Made by a program: the position numbers and the translations under genes. From Chitinophagales bacterium (GTDB lineage Bacteria; Bacteroidota; Bacteroidia; Chitinophagales; Chitinophagaceae), in contig JANMIG010000014.1 in NCBI GenBank assembly GCA_031375675.1, positions 15,934-79,933 on the forward strand: a stretch of DNA of 64,000 nt. The letters run 5' to 3'. Positions 47,694 through 57,344 of the stretch are shown piece after piece (position 1 is the stretch's first letter; every line of letters begins with the position of its first letter). The notes below the pieces were generated by a model, which was not told where the DNA came from, searched no databases, and saw only the letters and a program-made list of their open reading frames with translations.

Positions 47694-48692
47694 ATGAAAA
47701 AAATACAATTCTCCATCATCGCCGCAGTAATACTGCTTACAGGTAACTATACACAGGCACAGCAAACATTTACGAGGAATGATGCGGGCCTGCAGGGCAA
47801 TGCCGGTGCACAAAGCGGCTTTTTTGAAACCGTAGCACCGGTAAATTATCCTGCTGGTGCATCCAGCTGGTGGCACCTGCTGGATATAAGGCATACCAAT
47901 ACAGGAAATAATTATGCGATGCAGCTTTCAGGCAGTTTTTTCGACCAGGATATTTACTTCCGTAAAACCAACGGGACAGCCAATACAGCATGGAATAAAT
48001 TTGTGTACACCACACCACAGGGTAATGCAGGAATAGGAATAGCGGCAGATGCTGCAACCCGGCTGTTTGTGTACCAGGGCAACGGGCTTGCCTCAGCAGC
48101 AGGAAGCAAACAGCACATCTCCAAAATGGGAGGTGTGGCAGGTAATTACTGCGAATTAAGTACCCAGTTGTACAGGCATACAGCAGGCACTGACTGGACC
48201 ACCGCAGCTACCCGGCTCCAGGCAAGAACAGATGTGACCGACCAGGCATATATAGACTTCAACCCTGCCGGTGCTCCATACGGGCTGGCGCTTGGAATAA
48301 CAGGCAGCGGCTCAGCACTTACCGTAAACAGTTCTTCGCAGGTTGTTATTGGCAACACTACCACACCCGGTAGTTATAAATTATATGTGGAAACAGGCAT
48401 CCTTACTGAAAAAGTAAAAGTAGCTGTTAAAACAAGTGCCAACTGGGCTGACCATGTATTTGCACCGGGCTACAAGCTAAAATCTATTACTGAAGTAGAT
48501 GCATTTATAAAAGCCAACAAGCACCTGCCCGGCGTACCATCTGCCACCACCATGGTAAAGGAAGGACTGGATGTTGCTGCCATGGATGCTAAGCTGCTGG
48601 AGAAAGTGGAAGAACTCACACTGTATGTGATAGAACTCAACAAAAGGCTGCAACTGCTCGAAAAGGAAAACAAGGCATTGAGAAAAAAATAA
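47694..48692 (+). CDS. Secreted tail-fibre-like protein 5
   Basis: Signal peptide, a NYP...WWHLLDIRH.N..NNYAMQ.SGSFFDQ..YFRKT module, a second unrelated module and the same C-terminal domain. Confidence 0.75.
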   Translation: MKKIQFSIIAAVILLTGNYTQAQQTFTRNDAGLQGNAGAQSGFFETVAPVNYPAGASSWWHLLDIRHTNTGNNYAMQLSGSFFDQDIYFRKTNGTANTAWNKFVYTTPQGNAGIGIAADAATRLFVYQGNGLASAAGSKQHISKMGGVAGNYCELSTQLYRHTAGTDWTTAATRLQARTDVTDQAYIDFNPAGAPYGLALGITGSGSALTVNSSSQVVIGNTTTPGSYKLYVETGILTEKVKVAVKTSANWADHVFAPGYKLKSITEVDAFIKANKHLPGVPSATTMVKEGLDVAAMDAKLLEKVEELTLYVIELNKRLQLLEKENKALRKK

Positions 48693-48800
48693 AGGCTCTG
48701 TTAAAAGGACAACAGCCTGCTGATTAAATTTTGAAAAACTCCCATACAATTTACAGCCGGGTGATACCATATCAATATCATCCGGCTGTTGTTGTTACTG

Positions 48801-49397
48801 TCACCCTGCCAACTCTTTCAAAAAATCCTCCGCCTTTCGCAATGAATGATTATAGTATTTATATACCCCTTTCGAGTAAAATAATAAAAATAAATACCCG
48901 GCAGAAAATGCAAAAGTCAGAAAATATTTGCTGCCTGCAATAGCCCTCTTGCTGAAAAAGCCGGTAATTAAAATAATAACAGTCACCATCAGCAGGTGAG
49001 AAAGAACAAGATTCAGGCGCTGGAATTGATGGAACCTGATTTTTTTGAGTGCAAATGCTTTTAGTGCATCAGCATAAGGCAGGTTCATATCCTGTGATGT
49101 ATAAAACTGCCGGATGCTCAACAGGCTGACCACCGAAACGGTGATTAAAACGATTATAGCAACTACAGCTATGCCCTGTAAAAAAAGGGTGTTTAACCGG
49201 TTGAATTGTATACCAACAAAAAATGCACCTGCAATGCAGATCAATATGCCGGCAATCTCCGGATAAGCAATTTTGTTCATGACCGACCTGTACCTGGCCC
49301 GGGTAACCTGTTCTGTCATTTCATGGATCAGTTGCTGCTGCTTTTCTGCCTGCTTACCTGCATCCTGCCAGGAGTTTTTTAAATCATCAAGTTCCAT
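48801..49397 (-). CDS. Membrane protein, probable anti-sigma factor
   Basis: MELDDLKNSWQ N-terminus and four TM segments. Overlaps the ECF sigma stop region. Confidence 0.75.
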   Translation of the reverse strand: MELDDLKNSWQDAGKQAEKQQQLIHEMTEQVTRARYRSVMNKIAYPEIAGILICIAGAFFVGIQFNRLNTLFLQGIAVVAIIVLITVSVVSLLSIRQFYTSQDMNLPYADALKAFALKKIRFHQFQRLNLVLSHLLMVTVIILITGFFSKRAIAGSKYFLTFAFSAGYLFLLFYSKGVYKYYNHSLRKAEDFLKELAG

Positions 49398-49890
49398 AAT
49401 CATATGTTTTTTTAATTTGTGTTCTTAATTTTTCTTTTATCCTGCCAATTTTTGTACCCACATTGGATTCAGAAATACCAACAATCTGTGCTATTTCCTT
49501 GTGGCTTTTGTTTTCCAGGTACAGCATTACGATTCCCTTTTCCAGCAGGTTGAGATTACCCGTGTGCTGCCGTAAAATTTGTAATTGTTCTTCAAAAGGG
49601 TCATGACCATCTTCCCGGATATTAGCCACTTCACTGCCCAGGGGAATGGTAGTGATTTTTCTCTCTAAAGATTTAAGTTGATAAATAGCCACATTCATAG
49701 CCACCCTGTACATCCATGTACTTAACCCTGCTAATTGATGGTAGCTGTCAAATGATTTCCAGAGCTGGTAAATAATCTCCTGCACAAGATCATTCCGGTC
49801 TTCTGCAGTATTGGTATACATAGAAGCTATTTTATAAATCAGTCCCCCGTTATCACTTACAGCAGTTATAAATCTTTCCTTTTTGTCCAA
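49387..49890 (-). CDS. ECF RNA polymerase sigma factor
   Basis: DRNDLVQEIIYQLWKS, STWMYRVAMN, and region 4 SHKEIAQIVGISESNVGTKIGRIK. TTG start. Confidence 0.93.
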   Translation of the reverse strand: MDKKERFITAVSDNGGLIYKIASMYTNTAEDRNDLVQEIIYQLWKSFDSYHQLAGLSTWMYRVAMNVAIYQLKSLERKITTIPLGSEVANIREDGHDPFEEQLQILRQHTGNLNLLEKGIVMLYLENKSHKEIAQIVGISESNVGTKIGRIKEKLRTQIKKTYDYGT

Positions 49891-50361
49891 AACAGTTTAA
49901 ATTATGTTTCCAATGCTATATTAGTGTATTGGCTGGCAAAAAAATCACAGTTGTCACAAAAATATTTTATCATAACCTGTTTTACACAGTGAACTATTGA
50001 ACAAAGTAATTGTAACCCGGTTGCATTACCAATGAATATTGTTCAGTGTGTTGCAATAATAACGGACATTAGACCAGGCATATAAGTTCACCGGCTTTAC
50101 AGTAATTGGTTGACTGTATTCATGAGTTTTTTTCGGGATACATTTTCCATCAATGCTGGCAGCTTTCATGCTGAGATTGTCTAAAAGCATATCCGGGTCA
50201 ATCTCATTAAAGGAACAATTTTCACCTTTTATCCGGGATGCCGGGATAAGCAGCAAGCATTTAAAGCAAATACGATGGGCAGGTCTATCCTGGCTAGTGT
50301 TGTATTTTTTTGGAAACATCAATTTTGTGAGTATTTTTATTGTATTAATCTGAATTGTATA

Positions 50362-53300
50362 ATGAAAACAGTATTGTTCAACCGGGCGTTTTCCCTGATT
50401 ATTTTGTTTATTGCTTTTTTCAGCACTGCTGAAGAGCTATCGGCTACTACCATTCCTTCGCCAGCCGAACCGGGTATTGATGCAGGTAAAAATAATGCTG
50501 CAATACCAGCGGTTACCGGGTCAGTACAAAAAAGTAATAAGGCTGCGGCCAGCTCATTTATGCCTGCTCCAGGAGATACCTTACTGGTAGGCAACGGCAA
50601 TACCTACACCTCCCTTACCAAAGCCGGCGGATTGTTTCAGGCATTGAACAACAGTTCGCTTATATTAAACAGAAATATAACTGTACTGATTACCTCTGAC
50701 CTAACCGAAGACGGAACCAATATGTTAACCAATACCAATCTCAATGGTTTCAGGCTTACGATTAAACCTTCGGCAGACACATTGCGGAATATCAGCAATA
50801 CGGCCAACTTGGGCAACAGTATGATTACTGTAACTGGTGCAAAAAAAATTGTATTTGATGGCAATTACAATGGCAGCGGCAGGTACCTGCGTTTTGTAAA
50901 TACACACACTGTGTCCAACCAGTGTAAACCGGCTTTTTATATACTGGGCAATGCAGACAGTGTTGTCCTCAGCAACATCATCGCTGAGTGCAATTACAAA
51001 ACTGACTTTAATAATTCTCAGGGACCAGGTGCCACCATTTTTATTAATACAGGCAATAATAAAAACATCATCATCCGTGAATCCGTTTTGAGAGATGCTG
51101 CTACAGGCACACCGGGTACACCAGATAATGCCATACTATCCATGAGTGCCGGCAATAAACTGATCATTACCGGTAATGATATTTACAATTTTAAATTCAA
51201 TGGTGTGAATTTAGAAAGTGCTGCCGATGGCGCCATCATCAGCAATAATCATTTTTACTACAATATGCCTTCGCCGGCCGGCACATCGCAAACAGCCATC
51301 AAAATCATCAATGGCAGCAAACACAGGGTGGAAAATAACTTTATTGGCGGCAGCAGCCGCAATTGTGGCGGTGCTGTTTGGCTCAACAACGGCAATCTTG
51401 TTGACCCCATCAATGGCAGCCTCAGCTTTGCAGCCATTGATATAAGTGTATCTGCGACTGATACATGCTTTATCAGGAACAATACGATACAGAATATCAG
51501 CATCAATGCCATACCGGGTGCATTTACCGGCATTGTTGGCTATGGTATGCTGATGGTTACGGGCAACCTTATCGGCCACCCCTCTGCTGCAAACAGCATC
51601 ATTAATTCGGGTAATAATTTCAGCACTTACACCAGGGCTATGAACCTGGGTGGCGGTGCGCCGATGGAAATAAGCAACAACGTCATTGCCAATATTACAT
51701 CTACAGGAACCGGCAGCCCCGTAAGCGTGGCACTGCATGGCATATTTATTGGCACCAATGGGTTTGCAAAAGTGCTGAACAATACTGTTTACAACCTGCA
51801 AAGCAGCTCTGGTAATGGCTACCTTTCACCCAATGCAGCTGTAACGGGCATTTACCTCTGGAGCAGCTTCAACGGCTATTTGTGTGAAGGAAACGACATA
51901 CACAGTTTAAAAGCAGTTAATACCGACATTAACATGGAGGTGATGGGTATAAGGATATTTGCCAGCACTACAGGCAATTTTAACCGCAACAGAATTTATG
52001 ACCTGCAATGTCTCTCTGCACGCAGTGGAAGCATTACCGGCATTTATGTCGAATCTCTTGGCAGTTACAGGTTTACCAATAACCAGTTATCAATTACGAA
52101 CGGAACCAACACCAATAAACTTACCATCAGGGGCATTAACAACAATGCGGGCAATAATTCCGGAAGCTATTATTACAATACGATTTATATCGGGGGAGCA
52201 ACGCCGGACACTTCTTACTCATACGGATTATCCGTTTATGGCGGTAACATTACAACAAAATGCTTCAACAATATTATTTACAATGAACGTACCAGCGGCA
52301 CAGGAGATCATTATGCGGTGAGCGCCTTACCGGGAAATTTAAGCGCCAACTGGAGTACCCGTACATCAAACTACAACTTGTTTGTTACCAGGGACACAGC
52401 CCGGGTGAATGAGTGGGGACAATGCTGTACCGGGCTTCCCCAATCAATGCGTCAGTGGAAGGCGGCAACAGGGGGTGATACAAGCAGCTATGCTGCACTC
52501 AATACAAAAATACCTGCTGCTGCACTATTTGTAAATGCTGCTGCCGGCAACCTGAATATCAACAGCAATGATTCCATCTGCTGGTTCGTAAATGGCAAAG
52601 GCATGCCGGCAACAGGCATCAGTGCCGATTATGACAATGCAGCCAATGTAAGATCAGTAATACCGGCAACAGGGCCAACTGATATAGGCTCTGATGAATT
52701 TACAACAAGTACCGGCACTTTTGCGCTGGACCGCTCCGGCAATCACCAGCCGGGTGGTGCAGATACCCTGAGCTTTAACGGACGCATCATGGCCATCATT
52801 AAATGGGGTGCCGGAGGAACGCTGCCGGTAATGGGCAATTCAAAATGGTTTAGTGGAGTGTGGCCAAATGACACTACCAACAATGGTACTGTAACCAATG
52901 CCCGGTTTATGAGTGGTTATCTGGATATACCTGTTAGTGGCGGAAGCAATTACACCTATTCTCTTACCATGTATTATGATTCGGCAATGGCAGGCAAAGT
53001 AACAAATATTGCTTCCATGTTGCTGCACAAGCGGCAGGCCAATACACCGGGAAGCTGGGTAAACTTTCCTTCGTCAGTAATAAATACAACGGCAAAAACA
53101 ATTACAGTAAACAATATCAATTCATTTTCTGAGTTTACCGCAGCCGATGCCAATGCGTCTCTATCAACTGGTAAACTGCCGTTTTGCCCGGGCGCAAGCA
53201 CTATCCTCGTATCGCCCTTATCAGGTACCGTGTATCAATGGCAGCTTGATGCAGGTTTGGGATATGCAAATATTACCGACAATAGCAACTTTACAGGTTC

Positions 53301-53613
53301 AAATACGGCAAGCCTGCAAGTAAGCAATATCCCTTCGGCTTGGTATGGCTACAAACTGCGCTGTGTGGTGAATAGTGCCAGCACCGCTCCTACCGTTATC
53401 CAGATTGCCAACAACTGGACAGGAACTGCTGACAATGCCTGGGAAAATCCGGCCAACTGGTCTTGCGGAACTGTTCCTGACACTTTCACTGATGTTGTTA
53501 TCAGCAGCGGAACGATAGTATTGAATTCAAACGCTGTTATCAGGACTTTAAAGCTTGGCCCGGGAGTAAACTTTACAATACAACCGGGCTTTCAGCTGAC
53601 AATAACTAATTAA
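50362..53613 (+). CDS. Large secreted Asn/Gly-rich right-handed beta-helix protein (adhesin or pectin-lyase-like fold)
   Basis: Signal peptide, repeated I.NN.I / I.GN.I patterns, a YQWQ Ig-like module and a C-terminal WTG...WENPANW module. Start moved to MKTV. Confidence 0.8.
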   Translation: MKTVLFNRAFSLIILFIAFFSTAEELSATTIPSPAEPGIDAGKNNAAIPAVTGSVQKSNKAAASSFMPAPGDTLLVGNGNTYTSLTKAGGLFQALNNSSLILNRNITVLITSDLTEDGTNMLTNTNLNGFRLTIKPSADTLRNISNTANLGNSMITVTGAKKIVFDGNYNGSGRYLRFVNTHTVSNQCKPAFYILGNADSVVLSNIIAECNYKTDFNNSQGPGATIFINTGNNKNIIIRESVLRDAATGTPGTPDNAILSMSAGNKLIITGNDIYNFKFNGVNLESAADGAIISNNHFYYNMPSPAGTSQTAIKIINGSKHRVENNFIGGSSRNCGGAVWLNNGNLVDPINGSLSFAAIDISVSATDTCFIRNNTIQNISINAIPGAFTGIVGYGMLMVTGNLIGHPSAANSIINSGNNFSTYTRAMNLGGGAPMEISNNVIANITSTGTGSPVSVALHGIFIGTNGFAKVLNNTVYNLQSSSGNGYLSPNAAVTGIYLWSSFNGYLCEGNDIHSLKAVNTDINMEVMGIRIFASTTGNFNRNRIYDLQCLSARSGSITGIYVESLGSYRFTNNQLSITNGTNTNKLTIRGINNNAGNNSGSYYYNTIYIGGATPDTSYSYGLSVYGGNITTKCFNNIIYNERTSGTGDHYAVSALPGNLSANWSTRTSNYNLFVTRDTARVNEWGQCCTGLPQSMRQWKAATGGDTSSYAALNTKIPAAALFVNAAAGNLNINSNDSICWFVNGKGMPATGISADYDNAANVRSVIPATGPTDIGSDEFTTSTGTFALDRSGNHQPGGADTLSFNGRIMAIIKWGAGGTLPVMGNSKWFSGVWPNDTTNNGTVTNARFMSGYLDIPVSGGSNYTYSLTMYYDSAMAGKVTNIASMLLHKRQANTPGSWVNFPSSVINTTAKTITVNNINSFSEFTAADANASLSTGKLPFCPGASTILVSPLSGTVYQWQLDAGLGYANITDNSNFTGSNTASLQVSNIPSAWYGYKLRCVVNSASTAPTVIQIANNWTGTADNAWENPANWSCGTVPDTFTDVVISSGTIVLNSNAVIRTLKLGPGVNFTIQPGFQLTITN

Positions 53614-53825
53614 AGTTGGGCAGTCGTTGGGCAGGCAGTTGGGGTAGGTACACAATATAATCAAAAGTGGTGCCGCCGATTACAAATATTTTTGCACATA
53701 TTTTTTAAAACCCGAAAATAAAGATTCGTGCGGTAATGCAGTACTTATTTATTGCGACTGCAGCGCAACAGAGCAGAGACGCTTACAATTTGCATCCCTG
53801 CCTTACGCAACTCCCCGCAAAACCC

Positions 53826-53833
53826 TAACTTTG
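53826..53833 (+). promoter_or_regulatory. -7 box 4 nt before the thyA ATG
   Basis: TAACTTTG-CCGG-ATG. Confidence 0.65.
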
Positions 53834-53837
53834 CCGG

Positions 53838-54647
53838 ATGCAACAGTACTTACAATTAGTGAAGCATATCATTGACACGGGTACAGATAAAAACGACCGC
53901 ACCGGTACCGGTACCCGAAGCGTTTTTGGCTACCAGATGCGGTTTGACCTGGCAGAAGGCTTTCCATTGGTCACCACCAAAAAGTGCCATGTAAAAAGTA
54001 TCATTCATGAGCTGCTCTGGTTTTTAAAGGGCGATACCAATATTGCTTATTTAAAAGAAAACGGCGTACGCATCTGGGACGAATGGGCTGATGAAAAGGG
54101 CGACCTTGGCCCTGTATATGGCAAGCAATGGCGCAGCTGGGCCGGTGCTGATGGTAAGGTAGTGGACCAGGTTGCAGATTTAATTCAACAGCTAAAAACC
54201 AACCCCGACAGCCGCAGGCTCATCATCAGTGCATGGAATGTGGCCGACCTGCCTGATATGAAACTGATGCCCTGCCATTGCCTCTTTCAGTTTTATACCG
54301 CTGTGGGCAGTAATGGCAAAAGAAAACTGAGCTGCCAGTTGTACCAGCGCTCGGCTGATGTATTTTTGGGTGTGCCTTTTAACATAGCATCCTACGCCAT
54401 GCTTACACTGATGATAGCGCAGGTATGTGGTATGGAACCCGGCGAATTCATTCATTCATTTGGCGATGTACATTTATACAATAATCATTTTGAACAGGCG
54501 GCACTGCAACTAAGCCGTGAGCCATTTCCCCTGCCGCAATTAAAGCTAAACCCTGCTGTTACTGATATCTTCGGCTTTCAGTTTTCAGATTTTGAATTAG
54601 AAAATTATCAATGTCACCCTGCTATTAAAGCACCGGTAGCGGTATAA
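53838..54647 (+). CDS. thyA: Thymidylate synthase
   Basis: [44 protein letters not shown] and HLY.NH. Confidence 0.98.
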   Translation: MQQYLQLVKHIIDTGTDKNDRTGTGTRSVFGYQMRFDLAEGFPLVTTKKCHVKSIIHELLWFLKGDTNIAYLKENGVRIWDEWADEKGDLGPVYGKQWRSWAGADGKVVDQVADLIQQLKTNPDSRRLIISAWNVADLPDMKLMPCHCLFQFYTAVGSNGKRKLSCQLYQRSADVFLGVPFNIASYAMLTLMIAQVCGMEPGEFIHSFGDVHLYNNHFEQAALQLSREPFPLPQLKLNPAVTDIFGFQFSDFELENYQCHPAIKAPVAV

Positions 54648-54657
54648 ATTTACACAC

Positions 54658-55161
54658 ATGAGCATAGCATTAGTAGTAGCAGCAGCAGAAAACAATGCCA
54701 TTGGCAAAGATGGCAAACTGCTCTGGCACCTGCCCAACGATTTAAAGTTTTTTAAAAATACCACATGGGGCATGGTGGTGATAATGGGCCGCAAAACTTT
54801 TGAGGAAGTGAACAAACCCCTGCCTGGCAGGGTAAATATTGTAATTACCACCAATACAGAATGGAAGGCGGAGGATACCATTACTGCAGCCAGCCTGGCT
54901 GATGCGCTGGAAAAAGCTGCACTTACCAATTGCAAAGAAATTTTCATTATCGGCGGCGGCGAAATTTACAGGCAGAGTATGGATATTGCCGACACCATTT
55001 ACATTACCCGTGTACATGCCACACTGGAAGGCGATACTTTTTTTCCGGCAATTGATGAAACAAAGTGGCAATTGATAAGCAATGAAGATTTTACGGCTGA
55101 TGATAAACATGCGTATGCATACAGTTTCCAGGTTTGGAAAACCAAAACAGCCGCTGCATAA
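54658..55161 (+). CDS. folA: Dihydrofolate reductase
   Basis: AIGKDGKLLWHLPNDLKFFK, IMGRKTF, PLPGRVN, IIGGGEIY and GDTFFP. Confidence 0.97.
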   Translation: MSIALVVAAAENNAIGKDGKLLWHLPNDLKFFKNTTWGMVVIMGRKTFEEVNKPLPGRVNIVITTNTEWKAEDTITAASLADALEKAALTNCKEIFIIGGGEIYRQSMDIADTIYITRVHATLEGDTFFPAIDETKWQLISNEDFTADDKHAYAYSFQVWKTKTAAA

Positions 55162-55163
55162 TC

Positions 55164-55961
55164 ATGTACAGCAAATTTACCCTCGCAAAAAAATTTGCCC
55201 GCTATTATCTTACCGCTGCTAATGGCCGTGGGCATGGAATCCATTCACCCTTTGTATTTGACTTTATAAAAAATGTACTGCGGGACAAAAAAAACTACTA
55301 CTGCTACAGCAGCATTGAACAACTGCGCAGCCAGCTTTTAAAAGATGATACAATTATTGAGGTGGCAGACTTCGGCGCCGGATCAGCTGTGATAAAATCC
55401 AGCAGCAGGGTGGTTAAAGCCATTGCAGCCTCTTCACTTAAGCCACGCAAATTTGCACAACTCCTTTTCAGGATGGTGAGCTATTACCAGCCCCAAAATA
55501 TAGTGGAGCTGGGCACTTCATTGGGCATTACTTCTGCCTATCTTGCTTCGGGCAACAGCAATGCCCCTGTATACACCTGCGAGGGGGCTCAGCGTATTGC
55601 TGCCATTGCACAGCGAAATTTCAATCACCTGGGGCTGAACAACACCATTTTACTACAGGGTGATTTTGCCAAAACATTGCCGGTATTAACCGAAAGCCTT
55701 AACCGGGTTGATTTTGCCTTTATTGATGGCAACCATAGCCAGGTGCCAACCCAGTACTACTTTGAGCAGTTATTACAAAAAACACACAGTGGCTCCATCC
55801 TTATTTTTGATGATATTCACTGGAGCGCCGGAATGGAAGCTGCCTGGACAACTATTAAAAATCACCCTTCGGTAACGCTCAGCATCGACCTCTTTTTTAT
55901 TGGTATCGTTTTTTTTGACCCTTCGTTTACGGTAAAGCAGCATTTTACCATACGGTTTTAA
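55164..55961 (+). CDS. Class I SAM-dependent methyltransferase (Methyltransf_24-like)
   Basis: GHGIHSPFV, VELGTSLG, FIDGNH and FDDIHWS. Start moved to MYSK. Confidence 0.88.
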   Translation: MYSKFTLAKKFARYYLTAANGRGHGIHSPFVFDFIKNVLRDKKNYYCYSSIEQLRSQLLKDDTIIEVADFGAGSAVIKSSSRVVKAIAASSLKPRKFAQLLFRMVSYYQPQNIVELGTSLGITSAYLASGNSNAPVYTCEGAQRIAAIAQRNFNHLGLNNTILLQGDFAKTLPVLTESLNRVDFAFIDGNHSQVPTQYYFEQLLQKTHSGSILIFDDIHWSAGMEAAWTTIKNHPSVTLSIDLFFIGIVFFDPSFTVKQHFTIRF

Positions 55962-56040
55962 GTCCAACGGTTAAAAATATCCTGCCATTGCTCCTGTCTT
56001 TTTTTGTGACCACAGAATTTTCACTATCTTAGAACCCATA

Positions 56041-57180
56041 ATGACTAATATGACGATTGGAGTACTGAAAGAACCAGGTACTGAAACCAGGGTTTCTGTT
56101 TTACCGGAACATATTGCCACCTATAAGAAATGGAATGTTGATGTTTGTACAGAAACGGGTGCAGGTGCTGCCGCTTTTGCTACAGACGAACAATATACTG
56201 CCGCCGGGGCCACTACTGCCAGCCGCAGTGAAGTACTGCAGAAAGCTGACATTATTTTGTCGCTGAGCACACTCACTACCGGGGATATTGCCTTGTTGAA
56301 ACCGGGTGCTGTGCTGCTGGGAGTGTACCAGCCGCTATTCAATTTTGCATTGATGGCGGAATGGGCTGCAAAAGGCTTCACCGTTTTCAGTATTGATATG
56401 CTGCCCCGCACCACCCGTGCCCAAAGCATGGATGTGCTGAGCAGCCAGGCTAATATTGCAGGATACAAAGCGGTGCTGCTGGCTGCCAATCTTTTCCCCA
56501 GGTATTTCCCTATGTTTATGACAGCGGCAGGAAGCATACCGCCGGCAAAAATGCTGATACTGGGAGCTGGTGTGGCCGGACTGCAGGCCATTGCAACTGC
56601 CAAAAGGCTCGGTGCGGTAGTGGAAGTATTTGATACAAGACCGGCAGTAAAAGAAGAAGTGATGAGTCTCGGGGCAAAATTTGTGGAAGTGGAAGGCGCT
56701 GCCGATGCCAGTAAGGCAGGTGGTTATGCAGTAGAGCAAACGGAGGATTTTATGCAGCGTCAGAAAGCAAAAATTGCTGAAAGCGTTGCTAAAGCAGATA
56801 TTGTTATTACTACTGCTCAAATCCCCGGAAAAAAAGCACCCATTTTGATAGAAACCAGCATGATAGAGCAGATGAAAAACGGATCTGTGATTATTGACCT
56901 GGCAGCAGCTACCGGTGGAAATACCAATATCACTAAAAACGACGAAACGGTGGTGCATAACGGCGTGAGCATTGTAGGTACATCCAGGCTGGCGGCCACC
57001 ATGCCTTTTGATGCCAGTAAAATGTACGGAAAGAATATCCTTAATTTTTTACAACTGATTATTACCAAAGAAGGAGCCCTGAATTTGAACTTTGAAGATG
57101 ACCTGGTAAAAGGAAGTTGTATTGCAAATGGCGGCAATGTTGTGAATGAAAGAGTGAAGGAATTGGGAATTGGGAATTAA
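56041..57180 (+). CDS. pntA: NAD(P) transhydrogenase subunit alpha, soluble domain I
   Basis: ETRV, RAQSMDVLSSQANIAGYKAV, GAGVAGLQA and IDLAA..GGN. Confidence 0.96.
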   Translation: MTNMTIGVLKEPGTETRVSVLPEHIATYKKWNVDVCTETGAGAAAFATDEQYTAAGATTASRSEVLQKADIILSLSTLTTGDIALLKPGAVLLGVYQPLFNFALMAEWAAKGFTVFSIDMLPRTTRAQSMDVLSSQANIAGYKAVLLAANLFPRYFPMFMTAAGSIPPAKMLILGAGVAGLQAIATAKRLGAVVEVFDTRPAVKEEVMSLGAKFVEVEGAADASKAGGYAVEQTEDFMQRQKAKIAESVAKADIVITTAQIPGKKAPILIETSMIEQMKNGSVIIDLAAATGGNTNITKNDETVVHNGVSIVGTSRLAATMPFDASKMYGKNILNFLQLIITKEGALNLNFEDDLVKGSCIANGGNVVNERVKELGIGN

Positions 57181-57240
57181 AAATTGAAAGTGGAGAGTTG
57201 AAAATTGAGAATTAGGAATAACGAATGCGGGGTTTCTGCT

Positions 57241-57324
57241 CAACGATCAACGGTCATCGATCAACGATCAACGGTCATCGATCAACGCTCAACGACCAAC
57301 GATCATCCAACAACGATCAACGAA
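57241..57324. repeat. CAACGAT heptamer tract including a 21-bp tandem duplication
   Basis: CAACGATCAACGGTCATCGAT twice (57241-57282), then degenerate CAACGAN units. Preceded by AATTGGG/AATTGA heptamers at about 57160-57220. Confidence 0.85.
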
Positions 57325-57344
57325 CAAAAAAGAACTATTAAAAA

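Noticed and set aside
41731-48692. Prophage tail module or eCIS locus
   Set aside because: All genes have signal peptides, and no structural, packaging, lysis or integrase genes are present.
50026-50322. 98-aa minus-strand ORF in the ECF/beta-helix intergenic region
   Set aside because: No recognisable motif and weak start context. It cannot be excluded without a homology search.
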